64,000 bases of DNA from Candidatus Tenderia sp. (GTDB lineage: Bacteria; Pseudomonadota; Gammaproteobacteria; Tenderiales; Tenderiaceae). The stretch covers positions 97,669-161,668 of the forward strand of contig JANOSY010000024.1 of the NCBI GenBank assembly GCA_031416075.1, given 5' to 3'. Positions 1-9,944 of the stretch are shown piece by piece; positions within the stretch are counted from its first letter, which is position 1; every line of letters begins with the position of its first letter. Below the pieces are notes generated by a model. The model ran no database searches, was not told the DNA's origin, and worked only from the letters and a program-made list of their open reading frames with translations. The translations under genes were made by a program, and so were the position numbers.

Positions 1-2180
1 TCGACCTCTGAGACAACCTCATCCAACACCTCAATGCCCGCGTCGAGAGAAAACTCATTTTCAGCAGAGAAATCAATATCATCGAGCAAGAAACTGTCTT
101 GCTCCACGCCATCCAAATCCATCAACTCCTCACCAACAGCCATCTCGCCACCGTCCGAGGATGAGATGTTCAAACTCTTGGCCAGATCATCATCACTTAA
201 GTCAAACGAAAACTCATCGGCAAAATCAGAACCCGCTGATTCACCCGCTACCGCAACAACCGCTCCCGTTGCACCTGTCAGCGCCACACCGGATGCAACT
301 GCACCACCGGATTCAGCAAAGAGAGGGTGGTCAGAAGCAATCTCCCGCCCCATCTCAACTGCCTGCTCCCAAAGACCCTCATCATCTTGTCCATCAAGAG
401 AGGCATATAACGCCTCGGCTTGCGCCTCAAAGGCATCTTTATCTTTAGTTGTGAAATAAATCTCCAGCAGCTTCAGCTTCAGCTCACTCCGATCACCATC
501 CTGACGAATGGCCTCTTTTAATAATGCCTCCGCCTGCTCATAGCGGCGGTAAGCAAGATAAACATCCGCCTCAGCAATTGGGTCAATTTCACTATCCTCT
601 GTCTGCATTGCCCCCATACCAGCACTCACACCAAAATCTGGGCTGGCAGACTTCTCTATCACTTCACTAAAACTCTGCGGCTTGGCAGCATGCGGTTTAA
701 CGATAGTAGGCCCACTATCAGATCCGGCTGCATTAGGCATAACCTCACGCCCAATAGGTGGCATGTTAACCACCGTCTCAACCTCTTGAGACGACGACCG
801 GCGACGACGTATCAATGCCACCAACAACAGGAACAGCAGAGGACCACCCGCTGCTGCTGCCAGCAGAACGGGGTCAGCCATAACTTGTTCGATAAGCCCA
901 GACTCAGAAGAGTCCACAGGGGCTACTGCAACAACTTCGGGCTGGCCATCAGCAGACGCCGCTGGATTTGCAGCAACGTCCACCGCTGCCGACTCAACCG
1001 CAGTAGAGGCCACCGTTTGCGGATCAACTGCAACAACATTATCCTGGGCCGCTCCGGCCTGTAATGCACCCAAGGTGTCCCCCTTGAGTGTCAACAGACG
1101 CTGCACCGCCTGCAGCTGACGCTCAATATCCAAAAGGCGCGCCTTAAGCTCTGCATTTTCCTGCTTGGTCGCCTCTGCAGTTTCCAGTGCCAGAGCCAGC
1201 TGTTCTGTCGCGCGCCCTTTACCTTTGCCTGCCCCACCTGCTCCACCCTGCTGTTTAGCATCTTCTGGCGACAGTAGCTTCAAACGGGCATTGGTACTGA
1301 CGGCAGCATCTGGCGCACTTGCCTTAGCCGCTGGCGCAACTTTGGCAGGCGCGGAAACAGCCCGCTGATTGACAGCAGACAGATCAACATCTGCTGACTG
1401 CCATGCCTGATAGTGACGATTGGTCTCAGCCACTGCATCAGCGCTGGCGATTGAGCTAATCACATCCTTAGAAGGCAAGCGCAAAATATGCCCTGCTTTC
1501 AAATTATTCACATTACCATCAACAAACGCTTCAGGGTTTTCCTTCAGGAGGGCCATCATCATTTGCGGCACGGAGACCGAACTGCTCGGACGCATCTCCC
1601 GCGCCACATGCCATAATGTGTCCGTACGGGTAGTGGGGCCATAGCTGTCGGTGGTTCGCGGTGTGGATTTAGCTGCCGGTGCCGCCTCAACCACTTTTTT
1701 CTGGCCACGATCGATAGCAGCGGACTGGGTCTTGGCAGCACGCACAGCTGCAACAGCCTGACTATCATCAAAAACGGGGGGATCAAGGAGCAGGGTGTAT
1801 TCACGCATCAGCTGACCATTGGACCAGCTGGCCATTAAAATCAGGTCTAGGAAAGGTTCTCGCATCGGTACATCAGACTTTATACTGATGTACGGCGCAC
1901 CCGCGCCCTGTGTCACCACACTAAAGCGCAGGTCACGCAGCGCTGCAGTCCGCTCTATCCCCATTCGGCTAAACGCCTCATTTGAGGCAAGTGCGACCTG
2001 CAATGCATTCACTTCGGCAACCGTTGTGGATAACAACTTAATCTGCGCTTTCAGGGGTTCATTCAAAGCCGAGTGGACTTCGATCTCCCCCATCCCCAAA
2101 GCATAAGCTGCGGCTGAAGGCAGCATCATACATGCCCCAATCACTACAGCTAGCTGACGTTTTTTAAATCCTTTAAGCAA
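1..2180 (-). CDS. fimV: FimV/HubP polar landmark protein (3' end outside the window; absent from the ORF track)
   Basis: Manual translation from TTG at 2180: MLKGFKKRQLAVVIGACMMLPSAAAYA-LGMGEIEVHSALNEPL (FimV N-terminus), a LysM-like segment DTLWHVAREMRP..QMMMALLKENPEAFVDGNVNNLKAG, coiled coil, TM helix, TPR-like DPIAEADVYLAYRRYEQAEALL, then an acidic region. Position downstream of asd/usg is the conserved synteny. Confidence 0.92.
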   Translation of the reverse strand, partial: MLKGFKKRQLAVVIGACMMLPSAAAYALGMGEIEVHSALNEPLKAQIKLLSTTVAEVNALQVALASNEAFSRMGIERTAALRDLRFSVVTQGAGAPYISIKSDVPMREPFLDLILMASWSNGQLMREYTLLLDPPVFDDSQAVAAVRAAKTQSAAIDRGQKKVVEAAPAAKSTPRTTDSYGPTTRTDTLWHVAREMRPSSSVSVPQMMMALLKENPEAFVDGNVNNLKAGHILRLPSKDVISSIASADAVAETNRHYQAWQSADVDLSAVNQRAVSAPAKVAPAAKASAPDAAVSTNARLKLLSPEDAKQQGGAGGAGKGKGRATEQLALALETAEATKQENAELKARLLDIERQLQAVQRLLTLKGDTLGALQAGAAQDNVVAVDPQTVASTAVESAAVDVAANPAASADGQPEVVAVAPVDSSESGLIEQVMADPVLLAAAAGGPLLFLLLVALIRRRRSSSQEVETVVNMPPIGREVMPNAAGSDSGPTIVKPHAAKPQSFSEVIEKSASPDFGVSAGMGAMQTEDSEIDPIAEADVYLAYRRYEQAEALLKEAIRQDGDRSELKLKLLEIYFTTKDKDAFEAQAEALYASLDGQDDEGLWEQAVEMGREIASDHPLFAESGGAVASGVALTGATGAVVAVAGESAGSDFADEFSFDLSDDDLAKSLNISSSDGGEMAVGEELMDLDGVEQDSFLLDDIDFSAENEFSLDAGIEVLDEVVSEV

Positions 2181-2328
2181 AGTCTAGCCTCGAATTTGAT
2201 CCCAACAATTAATCTGCCTTGAATATTGGCGACACCAACATAATCTTTCAGTAACTCTGTCGGCCAAGTCCGGCCGAATCTTAACCATTCGACTAACCTC
2301 CCGCAAAAAAATTAAAAATGCCTGCCAA

Positions 2329-3351
2329 CTATTGTTGTTGTAAGTACTCTTGTATCAAAATTTCAGCTATCTGAATACTATTCAATGCAGCACCTTTACG
2401 AATGTTATCGGCAACGACCCATAAATTCAAACCCTTGGGGTTCCCCGCATCTTTACGAATTCTGCCAACCAACACTGAATCTTGGCCGATGCAGTCGAGC
2501 GCCGGGGTTGGATATCCCCCCTCCTCCAGCTCATCCATGACCTCAACCCCCGGTGCCGCCTGTAACAGTTGAAGCGCTGACTCTGCACTAAGTTCACCCG
2601 CCAATTCAAGATGTACAACCATGGCATGACCATGAAAAACGGGGACTCTTACAGCGGTTACATTAACATTAAGTTGCTCATCTTCCAGAAGTTTTTGCGT
2701 TTCCCAACGCAGCTTCATCTCCTCACGGGTGGAACCATCGTCGAAAAAACTGCCAATTTGAGGGATTAAGTTAAAAGCAAGCTGTGCTGGAAAAATCTCC
2801 CGCTCAACCGGTTTCATGTTAAACATTGCCGTAGCCTGCCCCGCCAACTCCTCAACCCCCGGGCGGTCCTTGCCGGACGCAGCCTGCATGGTAACAACAT
2901 TAACCCTTTCTATCCCAACAGCTTTTTGCAATGGTTTTAATACTGTCGCCAACATGAGTGCACAGCTACTGGGGTTGGCAACGATCCGTTGCCGTTCATA
3001 ACCACCCAGCTGTTCACGATTTACTTCGGGGACCACCAGCGGCACATCGCCCTCCAGGCGAAATGCCGGGCTGTCATCAATCACCACACAGCCTGCGGCT
3101 GTTGCCCTCGGAGCATACTCCTCGGCAATCTCTTCGCCATCACAAAAAAAGGCGATATCCACCTTGGCAAAGTTGAAGCTGTCCAGCGCCTCTGCCCGAA
3201 CACCACGGTCCCTGAAGGTGGCGCGCTCACCACCACTCCCGGAGGCCGCATAAATTTCCCCTACCGGAAACTCACGCTCTTCCAACAAATTCAATAACAT
3301 CTCGCCCACCAATGTGGATGGACCAACAACAACTACATTATATAAGCTCAA
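2329..3351 (-). CDS. Aspartate-semialdehyde dehydrogenase-like (Usg-type) paralogue
   Basis: VIDDSPAFRLEGDVPLVVPEVN, VRVPVFHGH and LWVVADNIRKGAALN motifs. Catalytic loop reads ANPSSC rather than NPNC. Probable TTG start at 3351. Confidence 0.85.
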   Translation of the reverse strand: MSLYNVVVVGPSTLVGEMLLNLLEEREFPVGEIYAASGSGGERATFRDRGVRAEALDSFNFAKVDIAFFCDGEEIAEEYAPRATAAGCVVIDDSPAFRLEGDVPLVVPEVNREQLGGYERQRIVANPSSCALMLATVLKPLQKAVGIERVNVVTMQAASGKDRPGVEELAGQATAMFNMKPVEREIFPAQLAFNLIPQIGSFFDDGSTREEMKLRWETQKLLEDEQLNVNVTAVRVPVFHGHAMVVHLELAGELSAESALQLLQAAPGVEVMDELEEGGYPTPALDCIGQDSVLVGRIRKDAGNPKGLNLWVVADNIRKGAALNSIQIAEILIQEYLQQQ

Positions 3352-3355
3352 CCGA

Positions 3356-4468
3356 TCACGCCTCCAGCAAAATACGCAACATGCGGCGCAACGGTTCAGC
3401 GGCACCCCACAGTAATTGATCACCGACTGTAAACGCCGACAGGTATTGTGGTCCCATGTTGAGCTTACGCATCCGCCCTACGGGAACATTCAGTGTGCCT
3501 GTGACGGCAGTGGGGGTAAGTTCACGCATGGTGAGCTCCCGGTCGTTTGGCACAACCTTCACCCAGTCGTTATGGGCGGCGATAATGGCATGAATCTCAT
3601 CCAGCGGCACATCTTTGGTCATTTTTATGGTCAGTGCCTGACTGTGACAGCGCATGGCACCCACACGCACACAAAGGCCATCAATAGGGATCTGTCCATC
3701 ACGACGACCCAGAATTTTATTGCACTCGACCTGGGCCTTCCACTCCTCTTTGCTCTGCCCCGATTCAAGTTGTACATCGATCCAGGGGATGAGTGAACCC
3801 GCCAGCGGCACCGGCCACGTCTCTAGCGGGTAGTCACTGGAGCGGATGAACTGCGCCGTCGCTCTATCTATCTCCAAAATCGCCGAGGCGGGATCATCCA
3901 CCAACGATTTAACGTTGGCGTGAACGGCCCCCATCTGCTGGATAAGTTCACGCATATTACGCGCGCCTGCACCTGAGGCGGCCTGATAGGTCATCGGGCT
4001 GATCCATTCAATCAGCCCCTGCTCAAAGAGACCGCCAATCGCCATCAACATCAAACTGACGGTGCAGTTACCACCTACATACGTCTTTACACCGTTGCTG
4101 ATGCCGTCCTGAATGACGCCTTTATTAACAGGGTCGAGGATGATGATGGCGTCATCTTTCATGCGCAGGGTGGATGCGGCATCAATCCAGTAACCAGTCC
4201 AGCCCGCTGCCCGCAGCGGACCATAGACTGCCTTGGTATAGTCGCCGCCCTGACAGGAGATGATGGCATCCATCCTCTTCAACTCATCAAGGCTGTTGGC
4301 ATCTTTAAGCACTGAAACAGCTTTGCCAACATTCGGGCCGGGCTGGCCGGGCTGCGAGGTGGTGAAAAACACCGGCTCAATATGGGCAAAGTCGTTCTCT
4401 TCCCGCATACGCTGCATCAGCACCGAACCGACCATGCCCCGCCACCCGACCAAACCTACTCTTTTCAT
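3356..4468 (-). CDS. asd: Aspartate-semialdehyde dehydrogenase
   Basis: [20 protein letters not shown] (catalytic Cys) and [18 protein letters not shown] motifs. Confidence 0.97.
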   Translation of the reverse strand: MKRVGLVGWRGMVGSVLMQRMREENDFAHIEPVFFTTSQPGQPGPNVGKAVSVLKDANSLDELKRMDAIISCQGGDYTKAVYGPLRAAGWTGYWIDAASTLRMKDDAIIILDPVNKGVIQDGISNGVKTYVGGNCTVSLMLMAIGGLFEQGLIEWISPMTYQAASGAGARNMRELIQQMGAVHANVKSLVDDPASAILEIDRATAQFIRSSDYPLETWPVPLAGSLIPWIDVQLESGQSKEEWKAQVECNKILGRRDGQIPIDGLCVRVGAMRCHSQALTIKMTKDVPLDEIHAIIAAHNDWVKVVPNDRELTMRELTPTAVTGTLNVPVGRMRKLNMGPQYLSAFTVGDQLLWGAAEPLRRMLRILLEA

Positions 4469-4496
4469 CGCATTCATTCCTATATGAAAGTACGGC

Positions 4497-5570
4497 TTAC
4501 TGCAACGCAGCCACTACCGCATCACCCATTTCAGCACAACCCACACGACGCATTCCCTGGCTCAAAATGTCGCTGGTACGATACCCCTGCTGCAACACTT
4601 TGCGCACGGCATCATCAACACGTTGCGCGGCAGCTTCGTTACCAAAAGTGTAGCGCAACATCATGGAGACCGAGAGAATAGTTGCCAGCGGATTGGCGAT
4701 ATTTTTACCGGCGATGTCGGGGGCAGAACCGTGGATCGGCTCATACATGCCTTTATTGTTCTGGTCCAGCGACGCGGAGGGTAACATGCCGATGGAGCCT
4801 GTCAACATCGACGCCGCATCAGAGAGGATATCGCCAAAGATATTACCGGTCACCACAACGTCGAACTGTTTAGGTGCCCGCACCAACTGCATGGCGGCAT
4901 TATCCACATACATGTGACTCAATGCTACCTCTGGGTACTCTTTGCTCACCTCAATGACCACCTCTTTCCACAACTCGCTGCACTCCAAGACATTGGCCTT
5001 TTCCACGGAACAGAGTTTTTTGTCACGTTTCATAGCGATCTGGAAGGCAACGTGGGCAACACGGCGTACCTCAGACTCGGAGTAAAGCATGGTATTAAAA
5101 CCTACACGCTCGCCATTCCGCACCTCAATGCCGCGGGGCTGACCAAAGTAGACGTCACCGGTCAGTTCACGCACGATCATGATATCCAACCCCGCCACCA
5201 CCTCCGGCTTCAGGGTTGAGGCCTCTGCCAGCTCCGGGTAAAGCATCGCCGGACGCAGATTAGCAAACAGATTCAGCTCCTTGCGAATACGCAGCAGACC
5301 GCGCTCGGGGCGCAATGGCCGATCCAGCTTGTCATACTGCGGGCCACCCACGGCACCGAGCAGAATGGCATCAGCGGCCTTGGCCAGTTTGAGCGTGGAG
5401 TCTGGCAGTGGATCACCTTCTGCATCGTAACCGGCACCGCCAATGTTGGCGTACTCCAATTCAAAACTCAGACCGTCGCTATTCTGCAGTGCCTGCAATA
5501 CCTTTACGGCTTCGCACACAATCTCAGGGCCAATACCATCACCGGGAAGCACAGCAATTTTTTTAGTCAT
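4497..5570 (-). CDS. leuB: 3-isopropylmalate dehydrogenase
   Basis: [18 protein letters not shown] and [13 protein letters not shown] motifs; start placed at MTKKIAV. Confidence 0.97.
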   Translation of the reverse strand: MTKKIAVLPGDGIGPEIVCEAVKVLQALQNSDGLSFELEYANIGGAGYDAEGDPLPDSTLKLAKAADAILLGAVGGPQYDKLDRPLRPERGLLRIRKELNLFANLRPAMLYPELAEASTLKPEVVAGLDIMIVRELTGDVYFGQPRGIEVRNGERVGFNTMLYSESEVRRVAHVAFQIAMKRDKKLCSVEKANVLECSELWKEVVIEVSKEYPEVALSHMYVDNAAMQLVRAPKQFDVVVTGNIFGDILSDAASMLTGSIGMLPSASLDQNNKGMYEPIHGSAPDIAGKNIANPLATILSVSMMLRYTFGNEAAAQRVDDAVRKVLQQGYRTSDILSQGMRRVGCAEMGDAVVAALQ

Positions 5571-5670
5571 GAACCTAACTCTCAAATTCAATGTTGAATG
5601 GGTCGCCGTTGGTGGCGGTTTGGTGGGTGATGGCAAGCGCCCCACCCACACTGCATCTATTCCTGGCCGA

Positions 5671-6309
5671 TCAATTAAACAGCCAGGGAGTACTCACCCG
5701 ACGTTTGGACTCATAGGCTTTAATGTCGTCCACATATTGCATCGTCAGGCCAATATCATCCAGACCGTTCAGCAGGCAATGTTTACGAAAGCCATCAACA
5801 TCAAAGGCAAAGGCTTCACCTGTTGCTGTCACCACCTGCTGTTTTGACAGGTCAACCGTAAGACGGTACCCCTCAGTTTCAGCACATGCATTAAAGAGCG
5901 CATCAACCACCGCCGCATCCAGCACGATGGGCAACAGGCCGTTTTTAAAGCAGTTATTATAGAAGATATCCGCAAAGCTTGGCGCAATGATTGCCCGAAA
6001 ACCGTAATCTTCCAGCGCCCACGGCGCATGTTCGCGGGATGAGCCACAACCAAAATTTTCCCGTCCCAACAGAACCTGCGCCCCCTGATAACGGGGCTGA
6101 TTGAGCACAAATTCGGTATTCAGCGGACGTGTGCTGTTATCCATGCCCGGCTCGCCATGGTCAAGATAGCGCCACTCGTCAAAAAGGTTTGGACCAAAGC
6201 CGGAGCGTTTAATCGACTTCAAAAACTGTTTTGGAATGATGGCGTCAGTATCGACGTTTGGACGGTCAATCGGTGCGACTAACCCATTCAATGTGACAAA
6301 CTTTTCCAT
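5671..6309 (-). CDS. leuD: 3-isopropylmalate dehydratase small subunit
   Basis: [14 protein letters not shown] and [15 protein letters not shown] motifs. Confidence 0.97.
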   Translation of the reverse strand: MEKFVTLNGLVAPIDRPNVDTDAIIPKQFLKSIKRSGFGPNLFDEWRYLDHGEPGMDNSTRPLNTEFVLNQPRYQGAQVLLGRENFGCGSSREHAPWALEDYGFRAIIAPSFADIFYNNCFKNGLLPIVLDAAVVDALFNACAETEGYRLTVDLSKQQVVTATGEAFAFDVDGFRKHCLLNGLDDIGLTMQYVDDIKAYESKRRVSTPWLFN

Positions 6310-6321
6310 AATCGTTCCCCC

Positions 6322-7737
6322 TTAACCCAGTGTACGTATATCAACAAAGTGACCCATCACGGCCGCGGCGGCGGCCATGGCCGGGCTTACCAGATGGGTA
6401 CGCCCCCCCTGCCCCTGACGCCCTTCAAAGTTACGATTAGAGGTGGAGGCACAGCGCTCACCCGGCTCCAGACGGTCAGCGTTCATCGCCAGACACATGG
6501 AGCAACCCGGTTCACGCCACTCAAAACCGGCAGCGATAAAGATCTTGTCCAGTCCTTCGTCCTCCGCCTGTTTTTTCACCAACCCCGAACCAGGCACTAC
6601 CAACGCCAGTTTGACAGTGGCCGCTACTTTACGCCCTTGGGCAACGGCAGCGGCGGCACGCATATCTTCAATGCGCGAGTTGGTGCAAGAACCGATGAAG
6701 ACCTTATCGATGGCAATCTCTTCAATAGGGGTATTGGCCTTTAAACCCATGTAGACAAGCGCCTTTTCCATACCTGTCCGTTTGACCAGATCAGTTTCAG
6801 CGGCGGGGTCAGGAACGTTACCACCGACCGCCACCACCATCTCGGGGGAGGTGCCCCACGTCACCTGTGGTTCAATCTCGGCACCGTTCAACTCCACCAC
6901 GGCATCAAACCGGGCATCGGCATCAGAGTGCAGATCACGCCAGGCGGCAACCGCTGCATCCCACTGCCCCGCCGTAGGTGCATAGGGACGCCCCTTTACA
7001 TAGTCAACCGTCTTATTATCAACCGCCACCACGCCGGAGCGGGCACCCGCTTCAATGGCCATGTTACAGACGGTCATGCGCCCTTCTATAGAGAGCGCCA
7101 TAATCGCCTCGCCACCAAACTCAATGGCGTAGCCGGTACCCCCGGCGGTGCCGATTTTGCCGATGATCGCCAGCACAATATCTTTGGCCGTCACCCCCGG
7201 CCCCACCTTGCCGTTGACTTTGATGAGCATATTTTTTGATTTTTTCTGGATCAAACATTGGGTCGCCATAACATGCTCAACCTCCGAAGTGCCAATCCCA
7301 TGGGCCAACGCACCCAGAGCACCATGGGTGGAGGTGTGGGAGTCACCACACACCACCGTCATACCGGGCAGGGTTGCCCCTTGCTCTGGCCCCACCACAT
7401 GCACAATCCCCTGACGGATATCATTCATCTTGAATTCGGTAATGCCAAAAAAATCACAGTTTGCATCCAGTGTCTCTACCTGGATTTTGGAGACTGGATC
7501 CACGATACCCGCCACCCCGGCGGACTGCCCCGTGGTCGGTACGTTATGGTCGGGGGTCGCCAGATTGGCATCAACACGCCAGGGTTTACGCCCTGCCAGA
7601 CGCAACCCCTCAAAGGCCTGGGGAGATGTCACCTCATGTACCAGCTGCCGGTCTATGTAGATCAAACAGCTGCCATCATCGTTCTGGCGGACTAAATGGG
7701 CATCCCACAATTTGTCGTATAACGTTTTGGCACTCAT
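6322..7737 (-). CDS. leuC: 3-isopropylmalate dehydratase large subunit
   Basis: [29 protein letters not shown] and [10 protein letters not shown] (Fe-S cysteines); start MSAKTLY follows an AAGGAG RBS. Confidence 0.97.
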   Translation of the reverse strand: MSAKTLYDKLWDAHLVRQNDDGSCLIYIDRQLVHEVTSPQAFEGLRLAGRKPWRVDANLATPDHNVPTTGQSAGVAGIVDPVSKIQVETLDANCDFFGITEFKMNDIRQGIVHVVGPEQGATLPGMTVVCGDSHTSTHGALGALAHGIGTSEVEHVMATQCLIQKKSKNMLIKVNGKVGPGVTAKDIVLAIIGKIGTAGGTGYAIEFGGEAIMALSIEGRMTVCNMAIEAGARSGVVAVDNKTVDYVKGRPYAPTAGQWDAAVAAWRDLHSDADARFDAVVELNGAEIEPQVTWGTSPEMVVAVGGNVPDPAAETDLVKRTGMEKALVYMGLKANTPIEEIAIDKVFIGSCTNSRIEDMRAAAAVAQGRKVAATVKLALVVPGSGLVKKQAEDEGLDKIFIAAGFEWREPGCSMCLAMNADRLEPGERCASTSNRNFEGRQGQGGRTHLVSPAMAAAAAVMGHFVDIRTLG

Positions 7738-7837
7738 GGACTTCTCCTTCGACTCTATAATATTGAGGTCTCTAACCGTGGCAACCATCATAATGCCACG
7801 CCTCGAATAACTCAAATTCATAAAATTTATTCAAGCA

Positions 7838-7852
7838 ATTCCATATTGGAAT
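7838..7852. promoter_or_regulatory. LysR-type T-N11-A palindrome in the leuC/LysR divergent intergenic region
   Basis: ATTCC-ATATT-GGAAT inverted repeat just upstream of the LysR start. Confidence 0.6.
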
Positions 7853-7855
7853 ACA

Positions 7856-8731
7856 ATGACACACATGAATATTGATGATCTGCACGCCTTTCTTTATGTT
7901 GCCCAGCACCGCTCATTCTCTCTGGCGGCTGTGCAGCTACATTTGACCCAGCCTGCGGTGAGTAAACGGGTGGCGGCGCTTGAAAGCCACCTCAACGCCC
8001 AGCTGTTTGACCGTATCGGCCGCCAGATCAGCCTGACGGAGGCCGGGCGCGCCCTTGAGCAGCACGCCCGGCGTATCCTTGCCGAGGTAGAAGATAGCCG
8101 TCGTGCCATCAACAATCTCAGTGGCACGGTGAGTGGGCCGCTCAAACTTGCCACCAGCCACCACATCAGCCTGCACCGCCTGCCACCGGTTTTGCGCCGT
8201 TATCTGCCGCTCTACCCTGAGGTACAGCTCGATTTTAGTTTTATGGATTCTGAGCTGGCCTGTCGTGCCGTGGCGCTGGGCGAGCTGGAGCTGGCGCTGG
8301 TGACACTACCACCGGCCAATAGCACATTGTTAACTGTAATTGAAGTTTGGCTGGACCATCTGGTGCTTGCCGTGCCCACCGACCATCCATTACGGAGTGA
8401 AATCACAATCACCCCCGCTGTATTGGCCCGTTACTCCGCCATTTTACCGGGACGTGGCACCTATACCCGTCAACTCATCGACACACAGCTGGCGGTCACA
8501 CAACTTGAGGCGAAATTTGAGACGCACTACCTTGAGACGATCAAGATGATGGTGAGCGTGGGCCTGGGGTGGAGCCTGTTACCGGAAAAAATGCTAGAGC
8601 AGACACTACTACTGCCCCAGTCCAACCCGATTATTGTGCAGCGCAGGCTGGGGATTGTGCATCACCCGCGCCGCACACTCTCCAATGCGGCCCAGGCGTT
8701 TATTGCACTGACTATGGAGGAAGCGGAATAA
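7856..8731 (+). CDS. LysR-family regulator divergent from leuC
   Basis: HTH SFSLAAVQLHLTQPAVSKRVAALE..LFDR..LTEAG plus substrate-binding domain. Confidence 0.95.
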   Translation: MTHMNIDDLHAFLYVAQHRSFSLAAVQLHLTQPAVSKRVAALESHLNAQLFDRIGRQISLTEAGRALEQHARRILAEVEDSRRAINNLSGTVSGPLKLATSHHISLHRLPPVLRRYLPLYPEVQLDFSFMDSELACRAVALGELELALVTLPPANSTLLTVIEVWLDHLVLAVPTDHPLRSEITITPAVLARYSAILPGRGTYTRQLIDTQLAVTQLEAKFETHYLETIKMMVSVGLGWSLLPEKMLEQTLLLPQSNPIIVQRRLGIVHHPRRTLSNAAQAFIALTMEEAE

Positions 8732-8735
8732 CCAC

Positions 8736-9944
8736 TCAAGCTTTAGGGGGTTTGTCGGCTGTTTTGACAGGGGGCGTGGTGATGCTGGCAAGCTCCTCTT
8801 CACTGAACGCGTCTGCCAACGACGGCATGTCCATATCATCCAATCCTTCAAGCTGCGCCAGCAGCTCATCCTCCTCGCTCCCAACACTCTCATTCAGCAG
8901 TGGCAGATCCTGCTCAGACAATTCATCGCCCATCACCTCGTCTGTCCAGACCCCCTCCTCCTGTTCAGTCGAGTCGAGTGCTGTCATCAGCTCATTTAAC
9001 TGTGGCAATACAATATCCCCTTCATCGGACAGGTCGATTACCGGCCCCTTTTCAGTGGCATCGGCATCGGGCAACTCATCAAACGCGGCTCCCCAATCAT
9101 CACTCAGCACCGTGCTTGGCTGATCCGGATCGGCCGCTGGCAATACCTGCTCATCAAGACTATCAATATCCATCTCGCCAATCTCATCGAACGATGAAGA
9201 TTGCCCCTCTCCCCCAGACTCAGACATGAGCTCTGCAGACAAGGTATCCAACTCATCATCTGGTGACTCGTCGACACCAGCAACCACTGCGGCTGGTTTG
9301 GCCTGAGCCTCGTCTAAATCTGGCTGAGCGGCAACAGCGGCCACCACCGCGCTGGCCGACCCGGTCATGCCGCTGCCGGGACGGAAGGCCACGCTATACT
9401 CACGCATCGCCTGGTCCATCTCATTGTTAGCGGTCAATACCTCACTATTAAGACGCTGATTCTCCTGCTCCAGTGTCTGTACCGCCGCTGTCAACTGCTC
9501 CAACTGCGCCGCTATTTCGCCAGGAACACTATCGCGCTCCTGGTCAATCCGGGTCCGGATCAGCGCAATTAAATCGTGGTATATACCGTTATATCCTTCA
9601 ACATTTCTATCAAAACCGCGCAACGCCACCGCATCACGCTTCAGGTACATGTTAAGCAGGCTGGTATAGAGCAACCCCTCCCGCTCTACCCAGTTGCTGG
9701 CCAGTTCACGGTTGATCTCTGGATCACTGCTTTCAATGCACTCAGCCAATACCTGCTGGAACCACTCCTGACGCTCTGGAGCGTTGTTTTTAACCCGTAC
9801 GCGCAGCTCATCGGCAGCGAATACCGAGTCACGCTCACGTTTTCTGCTCTTCCAGATAAAGACAATGAGTCCCACTGTCACCACCAACAGGGCGAGAATT
9901 ATCTCGCCCAATATAAGTAGAATTGTCGGATCGATTTTAATCAT
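8736..9944 (-). CDS. Hypothetical membrane-anchored protein (N-terminal TM, coiled coil, acidic low-complexity tail)
   Basis: ILLILGEIILALLVVTVGLIVFIW followed by KSRKR; heptads QLEQLTAAVQTLEQENQRLNSEV; D/E-rich tail. Start overlaps the VWA gene stop. Confidence 0.8.
   Translation of the reverse strand: MIKIDPTILLILGEIILALLVVTVGLIVFIWKSRKRERDSVFAADELRVRVKNNAPERQEWFQQVLAECIESSDPEINRELASNWVEREGLLYTSLLNMYLKRDAVALRGFDRNVEGYNGIYHDLIALIRTRIDQERDSVPGEIAAQLEQLTAAVQTLEQENQRLNSEVLTANNEMDQAMREYSVAFRPGSGMTGSASAVVAAVAAQPDLDEAQAKPAAVVAGVDESPDDELDTLSAELMSESGGEGQSSSFDEIGEMDIDSLDEQVLPAADPDQPSTVLSDDWGAAFDELPDADATEKGPVIDLSDEGDIVLPQLNELMTALDSTEQEEGVWTDEVMGDELSEQDLPLLNESVGSEEDELLAQLEGLDDMDMPSLADAFSEEELASITTPPVKTADKPPKA

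Noticed and set aside
34-2106. Plus-strand ORFs in the first 2.1 kb
   Set aside because: Antisense shadows of fimV.
5607-5651. Palindromic sequence between leuD and leuB
   Set aside because: Single weak hairpin with no second copy in the window; cannot be supported as a REP or attenuator.
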